DNA from: Spirochaetia bacterium
GTDB lineage: Bacteria; Spirochaetota; Spirochaetia; UBA9216
Direction of reading: 5' to 3'
Assembly: GCA_963677925.2 (NCBI GenBank)
Contig: CAXXYH010000003.1
Span: 64,001 to 128,000, forward strand
Length of the DNA: 64,000 nucleotides
The position numbers and the translations under genes were made by a program. Positions 51,035 through 61,638 of this stretch are shown here, piece after piece (position 1 is the first letter of the stretch; each line of letters begins with the position of its first letter). The notes beneath the pieces were generated by a model, which was not told the origin of the DNA, searched no databases, and saw nothing but the letters and a program-made list of their open reading frames with translations.

Positions 51035-51598
51035 TTCAGTATCTCTATCTATTAAAGCTCTAATATTCTCTCGATTCTTTAATCTATTAATTTCTTTATA
51101 AAAAAATCTTAATGATTGTTCATTGAAAATGTCATGCATATATTCAAAAGCATCCTTAATTTCAGATGTTAATTCCATTATATCGACACTATCGTATTTT
51201 CTTATCATTTTATGAGCAAGTAAATTTCTTGTTGCATTTAGTTTCTTGCTTAATATTAATATATCTTCTTTACCTTCAAATTGAAAAGAATCTTTAATAT
51301 AACTGATTATATTGCCAATAGGGATATCTAAATTATGTTCTTTTATTTTCTTTGGATATGCCTTACATTTTTCAATTAAATCTATATACAATAATACCAA
51401 TTTTAAAATTTCTTTTTGCAATTGATTATAAATAAATACTGATGCTATTCTTCCTTCAATTGTATTTTGTTCAAACATTTGTGATGCTTTTTTATTTAAT
51501 TTCACATGTGGTTCAATATTCTCTATCCAGAGACGATTAGGAGTATCAATTAAATCTAGTTTCAATATTTCTTCATATTCCATATATTCTATCTCCAA
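51029..51598 (-). CDS. Cassette: hypothetical protein, HEPN-like RNLLAH
   Basis: RxxxxH motif. Confidence 0.6.
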   Translation of the reverse strand: MEIEYMEYEEILKLDLIDTPNRLWIENIEPHVKLNKKASQMFEQNTIEGRIASVFIYNQLQKEILKLVLLYIDLIEKCKAYPKKIKEHNLDIPIGNIISYIKDSFQFEGKEDILILSKKLNATRNLLAHKMIRKYDSVDIMELTSEIKDAFEYMHDIFNEQSLRFFYKEINRLKNRENIRALIDRDTET

Positions 51599-52434
51599 AA
51601 TCTATGATCGTATCTATAAATATTTTTCATATTTTCATAGTCAAATTGAAAAAAACCTCTATCATGAAAATCATATATCTCTTTTTCTACTTTAATACTT
51701 TCTATAATCTCAATTTTATCATTTTCAAAAGATTCAAAACAGGTATAGTCATCTAAAATAATTTCCGAGTCAATTTGAATCTTAAAATATCTAGAAATTG
51801 CTTTTCTATACATATATATTTTGTCATATGACGTAACCGCTTCTATAGGGACTCTACATTTTAAAATGTATGGAACACCATTATTCCTTAAAAATCTCCT
51901 ACAAATTTCTGGATTTAAACTAGTTACAATACCTAATAGCGTTTCACTCCCATATATTAAATAATGACATGAACCATCATGGTCAAAGCAATGAATATTA
52001 GAGCAAAAATTCAAGTTCATATCATTAATTCGGTTAGTATTGTTCTCTATTGCCTTCTGTATCTCTTCATCAGCAAATCCATCAAACATGGTTTTACATA
52101 TATATTCATAATCACTTTTTCTTAATATTTTTAAACTGGTAAAACCACCTTGAAATAGTTTAGTTGCATGATATCCGTAAATATTATTTAATGAATTTTC
52201 TATTAATTCAATTTGTATATCATTATCATAGAATTTATAATCAATCAAATAGCCGTCTATAATTTCTTCAATTACTGAATAGAAATCTAATCCACTTTGG
52301 TAAGGATCTATTTTCAATATCTCTTCTCTTACATAATCAAGAAGATACTTATTTATATGTTCTTCGAGCAAATTGATATATACTTCTTTATCATCTAAAT
52401 CAATAACATCATACATATTTATTATATTTCTCAC
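51589..52434 (-). CDS. Cassette: hypothetical protein (YHAT motif, ART-like fold possible)
   Basis: GYHATK, YGSE. Confidence 0.6.
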   Translation of the reverse strand: MRNIINMYDVIDLDDKEVYINLLEEHINKYLLDYVREEILKIDPYQSGLDFYSVIEEIIDGYLIDYKFYDNDIQIELIENSLNNIYGYHATKLFQGGFTSLKILRKSDYEYICKTMFDGFADEEIQKAIENNTNRINDMNLNFCSNIHCFDHDGSCHYLIYGSETLLGIVTSLNPEICRRFLRNNGVPYILKCRVPIEAVTSYDKIYMYRKAISRYFKIQIDSEIILDDYTCFESFENDKIEIIESIKVEKEIYDFHDRGFFQFDYENMKNIYRYDHRFWR

Positions 52435-52462
52435 TCATTTTATTCCAATTTTTCTTCTGTAA

Positions 52463-52601
52463 ACATAACGACGATTTGAGTAGCGAAACCGGCCGAGTCT
52501 TCGAGGCTTGGCGTAGTTCTGGAACGTAGCGCGATCAGCGCGGAGTGTCTTTAGCCAGAACTATGACAAAGGTTTTGACTACTCCAAATCTCTTGTTATC
52601 T
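52463..52601 (-). repeat. attC family A
   Basis: acataac...gttatct. Confidence 0.9.
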
Positions 52602-53241
52602 ATATTATTTTTCTTATCAAAATTCCTCGTTCTGCAAAATATTTTTTAAATAGTTCCAATTGTATTTTGTAATTTTGTTGAGTTCTTATTTCATCTCCTG
52701 AAGGATTATTAATATAAATAGTATTGTTCAAATTATCGACACCTGATACAACAACAAGATGACCACCTTTTTCCCCATTATATGTCATATCCGGTTTACG
52801 GATTAAATAATGTACCGACACAATAAATATATTGCCATCTAATGTTGCATTAAATATCTCATCTGTGTTTAAAGGTGAAACAGAGTTTGCATCTAACTGA
52901 AAACTATCCTTTAAATATTCACAAAACGGTACATAAAATAATCCATCAATACTTTCCTTATTAACTTTAGATCCACCATATTCAGTACATTCTTTTGCTA
53001 ATTGGATTATAGGTGGTGAATCAATCTTCCAGTATTCTAAAATCATTTTCAAACATGCCATTCCGCAAATGTTTTTAGCCCATAATTCATATTCTTTAAC
53101 ATTATTTGCTCCAGAATATTCCCATAAAGGATCATTTGTTGCTTGGATTTTACCAGATATAATTTCTCCTACTATCTCACGAGACATCCATTGTGAATAA
53201 TAAGGCATTTCATTAAGTATAATTTTTTGACTATTAACCAT
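52600..53241 (-). CDS. Cassette: C39-like cysteine peptidase (copy 1)
   Basis: PYYSQ, CGMACLKM, GHLVVVSG, INNP. Confidence 0.8.
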   Translation of the reverse strand: MVNSQKIILNEMPYYSQWMSREIVGEIISGKIQATNDPLWEYSGANNVKEYELWAKNICGMACLKMILEYWKIDSPPIIQLAKECTEYGGSKVNKESIDGLFYVPFCEYLKDSFQLDANSVSPLNTDEIFNATLDGNIFIVSVHYLIRKPDMTYNGEKGGHLVVVSGVDNLNNTIYINNPSGDEIRTQQNYKIQLELFKKYFAERGILIRKII

Positions 53242-53771
53242 TTTCCCAACTTAAAATTTGATAGACAATAATATAGAGCTTTATTCCCAATTTTTTTGGG
53301 TTAATTCTATCACCTAACATAATCATTTACATTTATTCAATAGCTTAGTGCTTTTGTATATTCATATTCTTCTTATTTACCTCATAATACGGTAAAATCT
53401 ATTCAAAGACATTAGATCTATTTCCGAATGTTCAGACCGAGCCTTATATACAAATTTCTAATAACCACATGTACAGAAATTCTTGTATTTTTTCATTTTA
53501 AAGCTGTTTTCAGACTATTGGAACTATATTTTATTAATTATTCTATATTGTTCTTTTGGATATAGGCAATTGTTAAGTAAGTCTTTAGCTGATAAATACT
53601 TAATGATTTTAAATGCAATTGAAAATCATTAATTTCCTTTATTCTTATAATTCTTATAGGCTTAAGATTTTAATAACAAACTGCTTTTTTAAAGAATTCT
53701 AATTGTATTAAGCTTGTACACTAATTCATTAGAAATTTGATGACAGAGTTATCCGCCTGTACCCGAATTAT

Positions 53772-53909
53772 AGATAACGACGATTTGAGTAGCGAAACCG
53801 GCCGAGTCTTCGAGGCTTGGCGCAGTTCTGGAACGCAGCGCGATCAGCGCGGAGTGTCTCTGCCAGAACTGTGACAAAGGTTTTGACTACTCCAAATCTC
53901 TTGTTAAAT
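53772..53909 (-). repeat. attC family A
   Basis: agataac...gttaaat. Confidence 0.9.
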
Positions 53910-53988
53910 GCCTTATTATCCAGACCGTACGGCGGAGCCAGGTCTGGATTTCTTCATTATTATTTTTTTGATATTAATAAAGTTTTTA

Positions 53989-55152
53989 TTAAACCTCTTG
54001 TATTAATTCATTTTTATAGAAATTTTTTAAACTTTCTTCATATGCTAAATATGGTCTTTTTATAGATTCGGTTGATAATTTTATTAATTCTGATAACCAA
54101 ATAATTAGATCAACTAATGCATTTTCAATTCTAAATTTATCTATTTCAAAATGTAACCCTTTATTAAATAAGTCTAAAAGACGATCAGCTTCATCCCCAA
54201 GTTCAGTTAATTTATTTGTTTCTTTTATATTATTTTCTTCAATTGTTTTTTCAATATATGCCCATATTCTATTTTTAAACTTATCATTTCCAACATCTCT
54301 CCCTTTCCATTTTTCTTTTTGTGCAGGGAAAAGGTAATTTGCAATTTTTTCTAAAAATCTTCTTCCAGATATTGCAACTTGAGCAAAATCATCCTCTGTT
54401 TCAGCATTTTTAAATACTCTTGCAGCAGAAGCTAAAGTTTCAAAAATCTTTGGATGAAGCTCTTCAATAAAAAAGCTGACGTCTGATGCAATTTCATCAT
54501 TTAATCCATTTAACTTAGAAAAAATATCTTTAAATTCTTCAACTCTTTTAAAATGTTCTAAACTATCATAATTATCAAAAATTGTTCTTCTTGCGCCTAT
54601 ATCTTCATAATTAACAATAAATCCATTTTTTTCGAAACAATTCTTTATGGAGATATCGGGATCTTCATTATCATTCATATGGTAAAAGATTGAGCATTTA
54701 TTTGAAATTAATCCATATTCTTCACATAATGAATTCCTAAATAATGCCAAATGTGGGCCATAATTAAAAATAACATCCATAGCTCCAAGATAAGTTTTAT
54801 CATCTCGTAAAATTACATCAATGTTAGAAGCAATTTCATATGTCATATTTTGAAAAACCCAACAAAAAACTGTTGCAGTTGTAAATGTACTTTCCAACTC
54901 TGTTTCTTTAAGCTTATTATATTTATGAGGTCTATAAACTTTTCTACAAACTTCTTCCAGATGAGCATAAGTTCTATTCTGACTTTGAGAAACAATTCCA
55001 TAAGTTAAAACGTCTCCTATCGAAAGCCTCATATGTCTCTTTGTATTTTGTAAAATGTTAGTTCTAAGTATTTTATTCATTATCGGAATACCATAAAATC
55101 CATCATACTCTTCATGATCTGAATTAAATAGAAAAGCAATATTCATACACAT
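53989..55152 (-). CDS. Cassette: hypothetical protein with HEPN/Abi-like C-terminus
   Basis: SGRRFLE...NRIWAY...NKGLH. Confidence 0.65.
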   Translation of the reverse strand: MCMNIAFLFNSDHEEYDGFYGIPIMNKILRTNILQNTKRHMRLSIGDVLTYGIVSQSQNRTYAHLEEVCRKVYRPHKYNKLKETELESTFTTATVFCWVFQNMTYEIASNIDVILRDDKTYLGAMDVIFNYGPHLALFRNSLCEEYGLISNKCSIFYHMNDNEDPDISIKNCFEKNGFIVNYEDIGARRTIFDNYDSLEHFKRVEEFKDIFSKLNGLNDEIASDVSFFIEELHPKIFETLASAARVFKNAETEDDFAQVAISGRRFLEKIANYLFPAQKEKWKGRDVGNDKFKNRIWAYIEKTIEENNIKETNKLTELGDEADRLLDLFNKGLHFEIDKFRIENALVDLIIWLSELIKLSTESIKRPYLAYEESLKNFYKNELIQEV

Positions 55153-55294
55153 CCCTTCGTCATAATTTTTTAATAAGAGTTAATTACTCCCCACAATCGC
55201 CCGTCGGCCGGAGGTCCGGGCGATTTCTTATTCCTTATATTACCCCCTAAAACGATTATCAGCTAATATTTTTATTATTACATTCTCTAAGTGC

Positions 55295-55434
55295 ATTTAA
55301 CGACGTTTTGAGCTGCCTGGCGGCGCGAGTCTTCGCGCGCATTGGCGTGATTCTGGAGTGCAGCGCGATCAGCGCGGAACGTCTATGCCAGAATCATGAC
55401 AATAGCCAGGACTGCTCCAAAACTTTTGTTAAAT
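55295..55434 (-). repeat. attC family A
   Basis: atttaac...gttaaat. Confidence 0.9.
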
Positions 55435-55520
55435 GCTATACCCAAACAACCCAATCCATAAAATAAAAATGTGGCGCAGCCCGAAGCCCGAATGGGCTGA
55501 GCATATAGCCCCTGTTATAG
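55435..55520 (-). repeat. Right half of split family-B att site
   Basis: aaaataaaaatgtggcgcagccc...catatagcccct gttatag. Confidence 0.8.
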
Positions 55521-55619
55521 GAAGTATTTTGGCTCTTGAGTCAGACCGTACATCGGAGATAGGGCTGGCCTCTTAAACATACAACTTTCAACTTTAACAG
55601 TATCCTAAAACAAACTTTG

Positions 55620-56747
55620 TCAATTAAAAGCATACTTCACTAAAGCTATTTCATTCTCACTATCACTACCTTTTTCAAATAAAAATAAGTTATCTCCAGT
55701 TTGAAGTTTTCTTACAACTTCGATGTCTTTCAAATCCTCATCAATAGTCCCAATCCATCTTGGACTATTTAACTCTCTTATATCATAAACAAAATAATTC
55801 CCGATTAAAATATTATTAAAATCAAAATCTAAATCAAAATAACTAAACAAGTTTATTTCATCTGTTGAATTACATTTTTGTAGAAATTCATATTTTTTTT
55901 CACTATCTAATTTTATTATGCTCCAAAAATACTCTTCTGAATTTAAACCTCTTGCTCCATCACTTACTATAATATCATTATATATATTAAATCCATTGTC
56001 CTCTAAACTGATAGAATTTATATCGACCAATTCATAATTATTAGAAATATTAGTAATATCATAAACAATCATTTGATTTGTTATTGTAAAAGGATTACCA
56101 TCTTTATCAACTTTAAGCTCACTTGAAAAAGTGTATAAATAATTTGAATTTAAGTAAATTTCTTTATCAATTACTCCTTCGAAAGAATCTAAATAATGTC
56201 TTTCAATTTCTAGCATATTATCAGCATCCAAAATTAATAATAGTTTATAGTATGAAAATGAATTAGAATCTAAAATATAAATTTTATTATCCATACATCT
56301 TAAACTTAAATAATAGGTAGTGTTTAAATTATAGGTATTATTTTCACTAATAGAATATTTAAAAGATGGATTTGTTATATCCTCAATCAAATATACCAGA
56401 CAATCCGTTGACCCTAGAAGATACAAATAATTTTCATAAATATACAATTGTTTAAAATCAGGAACAATATCATTATAATAATTTGAATTATCAACCCAAG
56501 GGATGGTGGAAACTTCAATCAATCCTTCCAAATCTATCAAGTGCACCATCCCATCAGTACTATAATATACTAAAACTTTAGAAGTCTCAGATATAAACGC
56601 AGAGAATGAATCTGCTTTTTCATCTAAAATAAGTTTTGTATCTTTAGAAAATATTTGATTGAAATGGTATCCATTTTGATAATATGGAAAAAAGTTTTTA
56701 CATGAGGTTATTCCTAATAATAATAAAAATAATAAAATCCTTTTCAA
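55620..56747 (-). CDS. Cassette: lipoprotein, probable beta-propeller
   Basis: Lipobox-like LLGITSC; repeated YDI-type strands. Confidence 0.7.
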   Translation of the reverse strand: MKRILLFLLLLGITSCKNFFPYYQNGYHFNQIFSKDTKLILDEKADSFSAFISETSKVLVYYSTDGMVHLIDLEGLIEVSTIPWVDNSNYYNDIVPDFKQLYIYENYLYLLGSTDCLVYLIEDITNPSFKYSISENNTYNLNTTYYLSLRCMDNKIYILDSNSFSYYKLLLILDADNMLEIERHYLDSFEGVIDKEIYLNSNYLYTFSSELKVDKDGNPFTITNQMIVYDITNISNNYELVDINSISLEDNGFNIYNDIIVSDGARGLNSEEYFWSIIKLDSEKKYEFLQKCNSTDEINLFSYFDLDFDFNNILIGNYFVYDIRELNSPRWIGTIDEDLKDIEVVRKLQTGDNLFLFEKGSDSENEIALVKYAFN

Positions 56748-56860
56748 TACGTTTCATTCCTTATATATTGACATAATATATCAATTTTAAATTTTATTCT
56801 TTTTTTCTTATTGCCCGTCGGCCGGAGGTCCGGGCGTCTTTCTCTTAGCCAAAATATTTC

Positions 56861-56954
56861 CTATAACGTCCCGGGGTTATATGACGTTTTTATTTTTTAA
56901 TTTTACCACCAATTACCCGTATTTACCATTTCAAACTGTTTTACCATGTTGTGC
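56861..56954 (-). repeat. Left half of split family-B att site plus linker
   Basis: ctataac gtcccggggttatatgacgtttttatttt. Confidence 0.8.
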
Positions 56955-57092
56955 ATTTAACGACGATTTGAGTAGCAAAATCGGCCGAGTCTTCGAGGCT
57001 TGGCGCAGTTCTGGAACGTAGCGCGATCAGCGCGGAGTGTCTCTGCCAGAACTGTGACAAAGATTTTGACTACTCCAAATCTTTTGTTATAT
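56955..57092 (-). repeat. attC family A
   Basis: atttaac...gttatat. Confidence 0.9.
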
Positions 57093-57106
57093 GGGATTTC
57101 CATTAT

Positions 57107-57601
57107 TTATGGATAAAAATTATGTTCTGGGTCTACAAATACGACATAAAAAGTATTCTTATCAAATGCTTTTCCAGTTTTACAATGGATTTTCCCATTA
57201 TATTCATCTGGAACTACAAAACCAATAAGCCTTTTATCATATTCTAAACGGAATCTACCCCATAGTACTTGATGTGGAATATATGAAGGATGTTTTAATT
57301 TTGAATGCTTTGGAAATGCACCATAATTTACATAAATACTGTTTCGGTGCTTCCCACTTCCAATTTTCATATTTTCCCAATGCTCTAAATTTTCTCTACT
57401 ATACTCAATTAATTTCTTAAATATTTTATTACTATCATCCTTCTGCATATTCTTTATATCTTCACATAAAGACTGAGAGCTATCAAAATAGCTGAAATTA
57501 AATTTCATTCTATTGGATAGAGTATCGGTTTCAGAATCAAGACTAGCTTGTGGAAAAGAATTAATAAACGAATCTTTTTTACTATTCTGAAAATTTTTCA
57601 T
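57107..57601 (-). CDS. Cassette: hypothetical protein, partner of the ATPase (RelE-like fold possible)
   Basis: RFRL...RLIGF...FYVVFVDPEH; ATGA overlap. Confidence 0.65.
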   Translation of the reverse strand: MKNFQNSKKDSFINSFPQASLDSETDTLSNRMKFNFSYFDSSQSLCEDIKNMQKDDSNKIFKKLIEYSRENLEHWENMKIGSGKHRNSIYVNYGAFPKHSKLKHPSYIPHQVLWGRFRLEYDKRLIGFVVPDEYNGKIHCKTGKAFDKNTFYVVFVDPEHNFYP

Positions 57602-58734
57602 ATTTTAGGGACTCCCCCTAATTTACCACTAAAATAAATATTTGAAATTTGTCGATCATTCCTTACAATATCGCCAGGTAGCTCATCTAATCTATAAGCA
57701 AAACTACAATTTTTTTCTTTATTTACCAGAATTGTTTTGTATTTCCCAAGTTCGTCCATTATTTTATTATTATGTGTTGTAAAAATTAATTGAGCATCCT
57801 TTTGATTTGCTTCTTCATCAAATAACTTAATTAGTTTTGGTAAAATTAATGGATGGAGATTTATATCAAATTCATCCAGAACTAAAACTCCTCCCACATC
57901 CAAAATTGCTTTATATAAAAATAAAGTTGAATACAATGCTTTAGTTCCACTTGATTCATAATGTATTGTTAATGCTTCGACTCTATCCTCTAAATCATGA
58001 TAAAAAATAGGAAAATAACTTTTATCACCATTATCTAAATCGCGATCGAATATTTTTATATCATTAATTCCTACATCACATTTTTTTATTTGTTCAATTG
58101 CAAAAGTAAAAGCTTTTTCATTTTGTAAATATAATTCTGAGATCTTACTAATATCAGGGTTGAATCCATGATAACCAAAATTATTTACATTAGTTACAAT
58201 GTTTTTAAAAAATGAATACACATTATTGATTGATTTGAAATCATATTGATGTGCAGTACTTATAAACGAGGCATTATTTCTTAACTTCATCATTTTGATT
58301 TCATCATAATCTTTATTCGTGTATATAATTTCATTATATTTTCTTTCTACTATTTTAGTATTTCTTTTAATTTTCTTATATAAGACTTCTGAAATAACGT
58401 TTTGTTGTGTTGTCTCTAGCTCGTATCTATACTCGATATCATCAATCTTGAAAACAATATAAAAATCGGTTGGGTCCTTACTTTCAAAAAATGATTCTAA
58501 CATTATTTCATCGTCAGGTTTCATTCGAAATGAATCAATACAAAAATTCCTTATGAAATCTATAGTTTTTAATATATTTGTTTTTCCACTTGCGTTTCCA
58601 CCTTTTACACATATTACATTTGTAAATTCCTTTCCATGAGATATGCTTTCTGGACAATTATTATTCAAACGCAATGAAGCTTCAAAACCTTCTTTAAAAG
58701 AAAAGTAATTCCTAGCACCAAATTCTAATAACAT
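57598..58734 (-). CDS. Cassette: AAA_21/AbiEii-type ATPase
   Basis: GGNASGKT, ESSGT, LDEFDINLHP, QLIFTTH. Confidence 0.88.
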   Translation of the reverse strand: MLLEFGARNYFSFKEGFEASLRLNNNCPESISHGKEFTNVICVKGGNASGKTNILKTIDFIRNFCIDSFRMKPDDEIMLESFFESKDPTDFYIVFKIDDIEYRYELETTQQNVISEVLYKKIKRNTKIVERKYNEIIYTNKDYDEIKMMKLRNNASFISTAHQYDFKSINNVYSFFKNIVTNVNNFGYHGFNPDISKISELYLQNEKAFTFAIEQIKKCDVGINDIKIFDRDLDNGDKSYFPIFYHDLEDRVEALTIHYESSGTKALYSTLFLYKAILDVGGVLVLDEFDINLHPLILPKLIKLFDEEANQKDAQLIFTTHNNKIMDELGKYKTILVNKEKNCSFAYRLDELPGDIVRNDRQISNIYFSGKLGGVPKI

Positions 58735-58850
58735 ATCGATCTCCTATAGGATTCTACTAATAATATCGTCTAAATCCTTAAAAAGTCAACTCTTATTAGC
58801 TTTTTTTGTCATTTTTGACTAATTATGCCTGTTATAATCCAATATTCTCC

Positions 58851-58991
58851 ATATAACGACGATTTGAGTAGCGAAACCGTGCCGAGTCTTCGAGGCTTGG
58901 CGCGATTCTGGAGTGGAGGCACGATCAGTGCCGCAACGTCCCTGCCAGAACCGTGACAATGGTTTTGACTACTCCAAAACTTTTGTTATAC
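58851..58991 (-). repeat. attC family A
   Basis: atataac...gttatac. Confidence 0.9.
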
Positions 58992-59001
58992 ATTTTTTAT
59001 T

Positions 59002-59856
59002 TCAATCATGTTTTTCTATTTCTTTTTGTTCTTTTGAATAAATAGTTTTAGCCATTCCTTTAACCATAGTTTCAGAAATAAAAATAATTTGTCCTTTTTT
59101 ATTTTTATAATAATCAGAGGATAATCTTTTATAATAACCTCTACGAAAGTGAGGGGACACAACTTTACCAGAAGAAGAGTTATTGACAGGTTCTACTATT
59201 TTATCGGCAATTTCTAATATGAAAGATTTTTCCTTTATTTCCTCCTTAATATAAGGAGGAACTCCTTCCTTAACACATTCAGGAAATGCTTCCATATATG
59301 CAATAGTGTTAATTGCAAGTCGAAAGATTCGGCAAATTTCATTGGAATTTCGTGAATCTTCCTTTAATAATTCTTTATAATTTTTCTCTGAGCACCAGGC
59401 ACCTCCTTTGCCTATAGCCCAATATAGAATAATTTGATTCTGTTCATTATTCATTAATCCAAATGCATAACCCTTATACTTATTTTCATATGGAATATGT
59501 AATCCAAATGGAAAAATACGTAATTTTAAATTACCTTGTTCTTCAATCATTCCATTCTCATTAATATATTTTCCAATACCTTCGAGATCTGCTAATTGAA
59601 TATTTTCAAGAAAATTTCTTAAGTTTTTATCAATGAAGTATAGGTGTAACATTTTATTAATAGCATCTGTATACCATAAATCCCACGTAAACTTTTTTAA
59701 TTGCTGCTTTTGCCAAGATTGAAAAGGATTATTCATTATTTGTTGATTAATGCGTATTAAAAACTGTTCAATTGTATCTTTATTATTTTTGTAATTTTCT
59801 AAGTAGTTATCCCATTGAGTCGCTAAAGGTTTACTATACCAAGGTTTCTTTCCCAT
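59002..59856 (-). CDS. Cassette: hypothetical protein with C-terminal PHFRRGY motif
   Basis: ORF; SPHFRRGY...FISETMV. Confidence 0.7.
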   Translation of the reverse strand: MGKKPWYSKPLATQWDNYLENYKNNKDTIEQFLIRINQQIMNNPFQSWQKQQLKKFTWDLWYTDAINKMLHLYFIDKNLRNFLENIQLADLEGIGKYINENGMIEEQGNLKLRIFPFGLHIPYENKYKGYAFGLMNNEQNQIILYWAIGKGGAWCSEKNYKELLKEDSRNSNEICRIFRLAINTIAYMEAFPECVKEGVPPYIKEEIKEKSFILEIADKIVEPVNNSSSGKVVSPHFRRGYYKRLSSDYYKNKKGQIIFISETMVKGMAKTIYSKEQKEIEKHD

Positions 59857-59859
59857 ATT

Positions 59860-60246
59860 CTAAAATAGTGGCATTATAAATTGTTCATCTTTATTAAAAG
59901 ACCACTGAACTTGCCACGTTGAACCTGTAATTTGATCTAAAAGGATAAAATTCCACATATTACTAGTATAATATAGTGTAAATCTTCCATCTATCTTTTT
60001 TTTATTTTCTGCCAGATTCTTATCATTTAAAATTACTCCACCTCTTTCATTATCTTCTACAGAATATTGTAAAATCCACATTTTTCCCGTAGCAGTCTCT
60101 AGTTCAATAAATGTCCAAATATTTTGTGTTTTAAAGAGTCGATAAGGAGCATTAGGATCTTGAGTTGATTCTATAACCTGAGTTTGTGCTATTAATCCTG
60201 TAGATATAATAAAAAAGACAACTAAAAATATCATAACTTTCTTCAT
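59860..60246 (-). CDS. Cassette: secreted hypothetical protein with internal duplication
   Basis: Signal peptide MKKVMIF; repeated T.N.W.FI.L...TG..W unit; GGAGG SD. Confidence 0.75.
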   Translation of the reverse strand: MKKVMIFLVVFFIISTGLIAQTQVIESTQDPNAPYRLFKTQNIWTFIELETATGKMWILQYSVEDNERGGVILNDKNLAENKKKIDGRFTLYYTSNMWNFILLDQITGSTWQVQWSFNKDEQFIMPLF

Positions 60247-60283
60247 AATATCCTCCAAAACTATTTAACCCTTCTTAGAATAT

Positions 60284-60419
60284 GTATAACGACGATTTGA
60301 GTAGCAAAATTGATCCGCGTCTTCGCGGAATTGGCGCGATTCTGGAGTGAGCGATCAGCGAACGTCTTTAGCCAGAATCGTGACAATAAATTTTGACTAC
60401 TCCAAATCTCTTGTTAAAT
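60284..60419 (-). repeat. attC family A
   Basis: gtataac...gttaaat. Confidence 0.9.
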
Positions 60420-60508
60420 GCTTTTGCCCAACTTACCCAATTCATAAAATAAAAATGTGGCGTAGCCCAAGGAGCGCTTAGCGACGAAGCAAATAACCCC
60501 TGTTATAC
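60420..60508 (-). repeat. Right half of split family-B att site
   Basis: aaaataaaaatgtggcgtagccc...aataacccct gttatac. Confidence 0.8.
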
Positions 60509-60603
60509 GCTTTGAGCTTGACATACAGACCGTTCAACGGAGTTAGGTCTGGATTCTTTATCTAATATAGTAAAATTTTTATCGGAATAATTAATATTAT
60601 ACT

Positions 60604-61638
60604 CTAATCAACCCAAGCAGGTACTTCAGGAGCAAAATCTATTTTATTAGTTACTAACCGATATGCTAATGCCTCTCCTTCATGTTTTATATCAATAGAT
60701 GTTATTTCACATTTGAAAATATGTTGATATTTCTCAGTTAGAACTTCATACGCTTGTTGATTCAGGAGAGTATTAGAAGCTTCTGTATTTGACATTCGAC
60801 AAGCATATACTACAGGGACTCCAACAACAGTGTACTCATTATTTATGATATTCAACGAAACCTCTCCATAATCAATCCCAATGCCTAATCCTATATTATT
60901 TAAAATAACGTTAAAACATGATTTTGATTGATCATAAACTTTATTAAATTCTTCATGACATTCAATTGAACTTTTTAAAGCATAAAACAGAGCATCTTTT
61001 CCTGAATAAAAATCAGGAAAAAATGCAAGAATCCCATCGCCAGTAAATTTATCAAATATACCATAATTTTTTTGTATTATTTTAATTATTCCTTTTATTA
61101 GCTCATTTATAAATTCAGAGAATTTATCTGGGGTTCTTGACTTTAACATTAATTCTGTAGATCTTCTAATATCCAATGAAAACACAACAGCATTTGATTT
61201 TCTCACTTCCTCAAATTGCTTTCTAAATTTTTCATCATTTAGTAATTTGGTTTGAGCTGCTTCATTAATCCTATGATAAATGTATCTTAATTTATATTTA
61301 TTCTGAAGTTCTTCGAATTTATCCTTTAGCACTTTTGTTTCATCTCTTGGATTTTTATTAAAAGTACCAAGTTTTTTTGCCATATCTGCTATTTCATCAA
61401 AAGTGCTAAAATAGTTTTCAAATTTTATGGATTTTAATGTTTCGTCTAATTGATCCAACACATCAAAAGCTATTGATTTAATATTTCTATCAGAAAAATC
61501 TTTTAGAGCCTCAGCTAATTCTTTTATTTTTTCTTCTTCTAAATAACTTTTTGTTAAAATAGCATCTACTTTTGAAATATTATTTTTAGATTCTCTTAAT
61601 GCTTTTCCTGACTCTTCTTTTGCATCATCAAAATTCAA
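60604..61638 (-). CDS. Cassette: class III adenylate/guanylate-type nucleotide cyclase
   Basis: SLDIRRST, DKFTGDG, IGIDYG, GVPVVYACRM. Confidence 0.85.
   Translation of the reverse strand: MNFDDAKEESGKALRESKNNISKVDAILTKSYLEEEKIKELAEALKDFSDRNIKSIAFDVLDQLDETLKSIKFENYFSTFDEIADMAKKLGTFNKNPRDETKVLKDKFEELQNKYKLRYIYHRINEAAQTKLLNDEKFRKQFEEVRKSNAVVFSLDIRRSTELMLKSRTPDKFSEFINELIKGIIKIIQKNYGIFDKFTGDGILAFFPDFYSGKDALFYALKSSIECHEEFNKVYDQSKSCFNVILNNIGLGIGIDYGEVSLNIINNEYTVVGVPVVYACRMSNTEASNTLLNQQAYEVLTEKYQHIFKCEITSIDIKHEGEALAYRLVTNKIDFAPEVPAWVD

Noticed and set aside
53428-53565. 45-aa hydrophobic + strand peptide (type I toxin-like)
   Set aside because: The frame is broken in the homologous leader at 27188 and there is no clear SD
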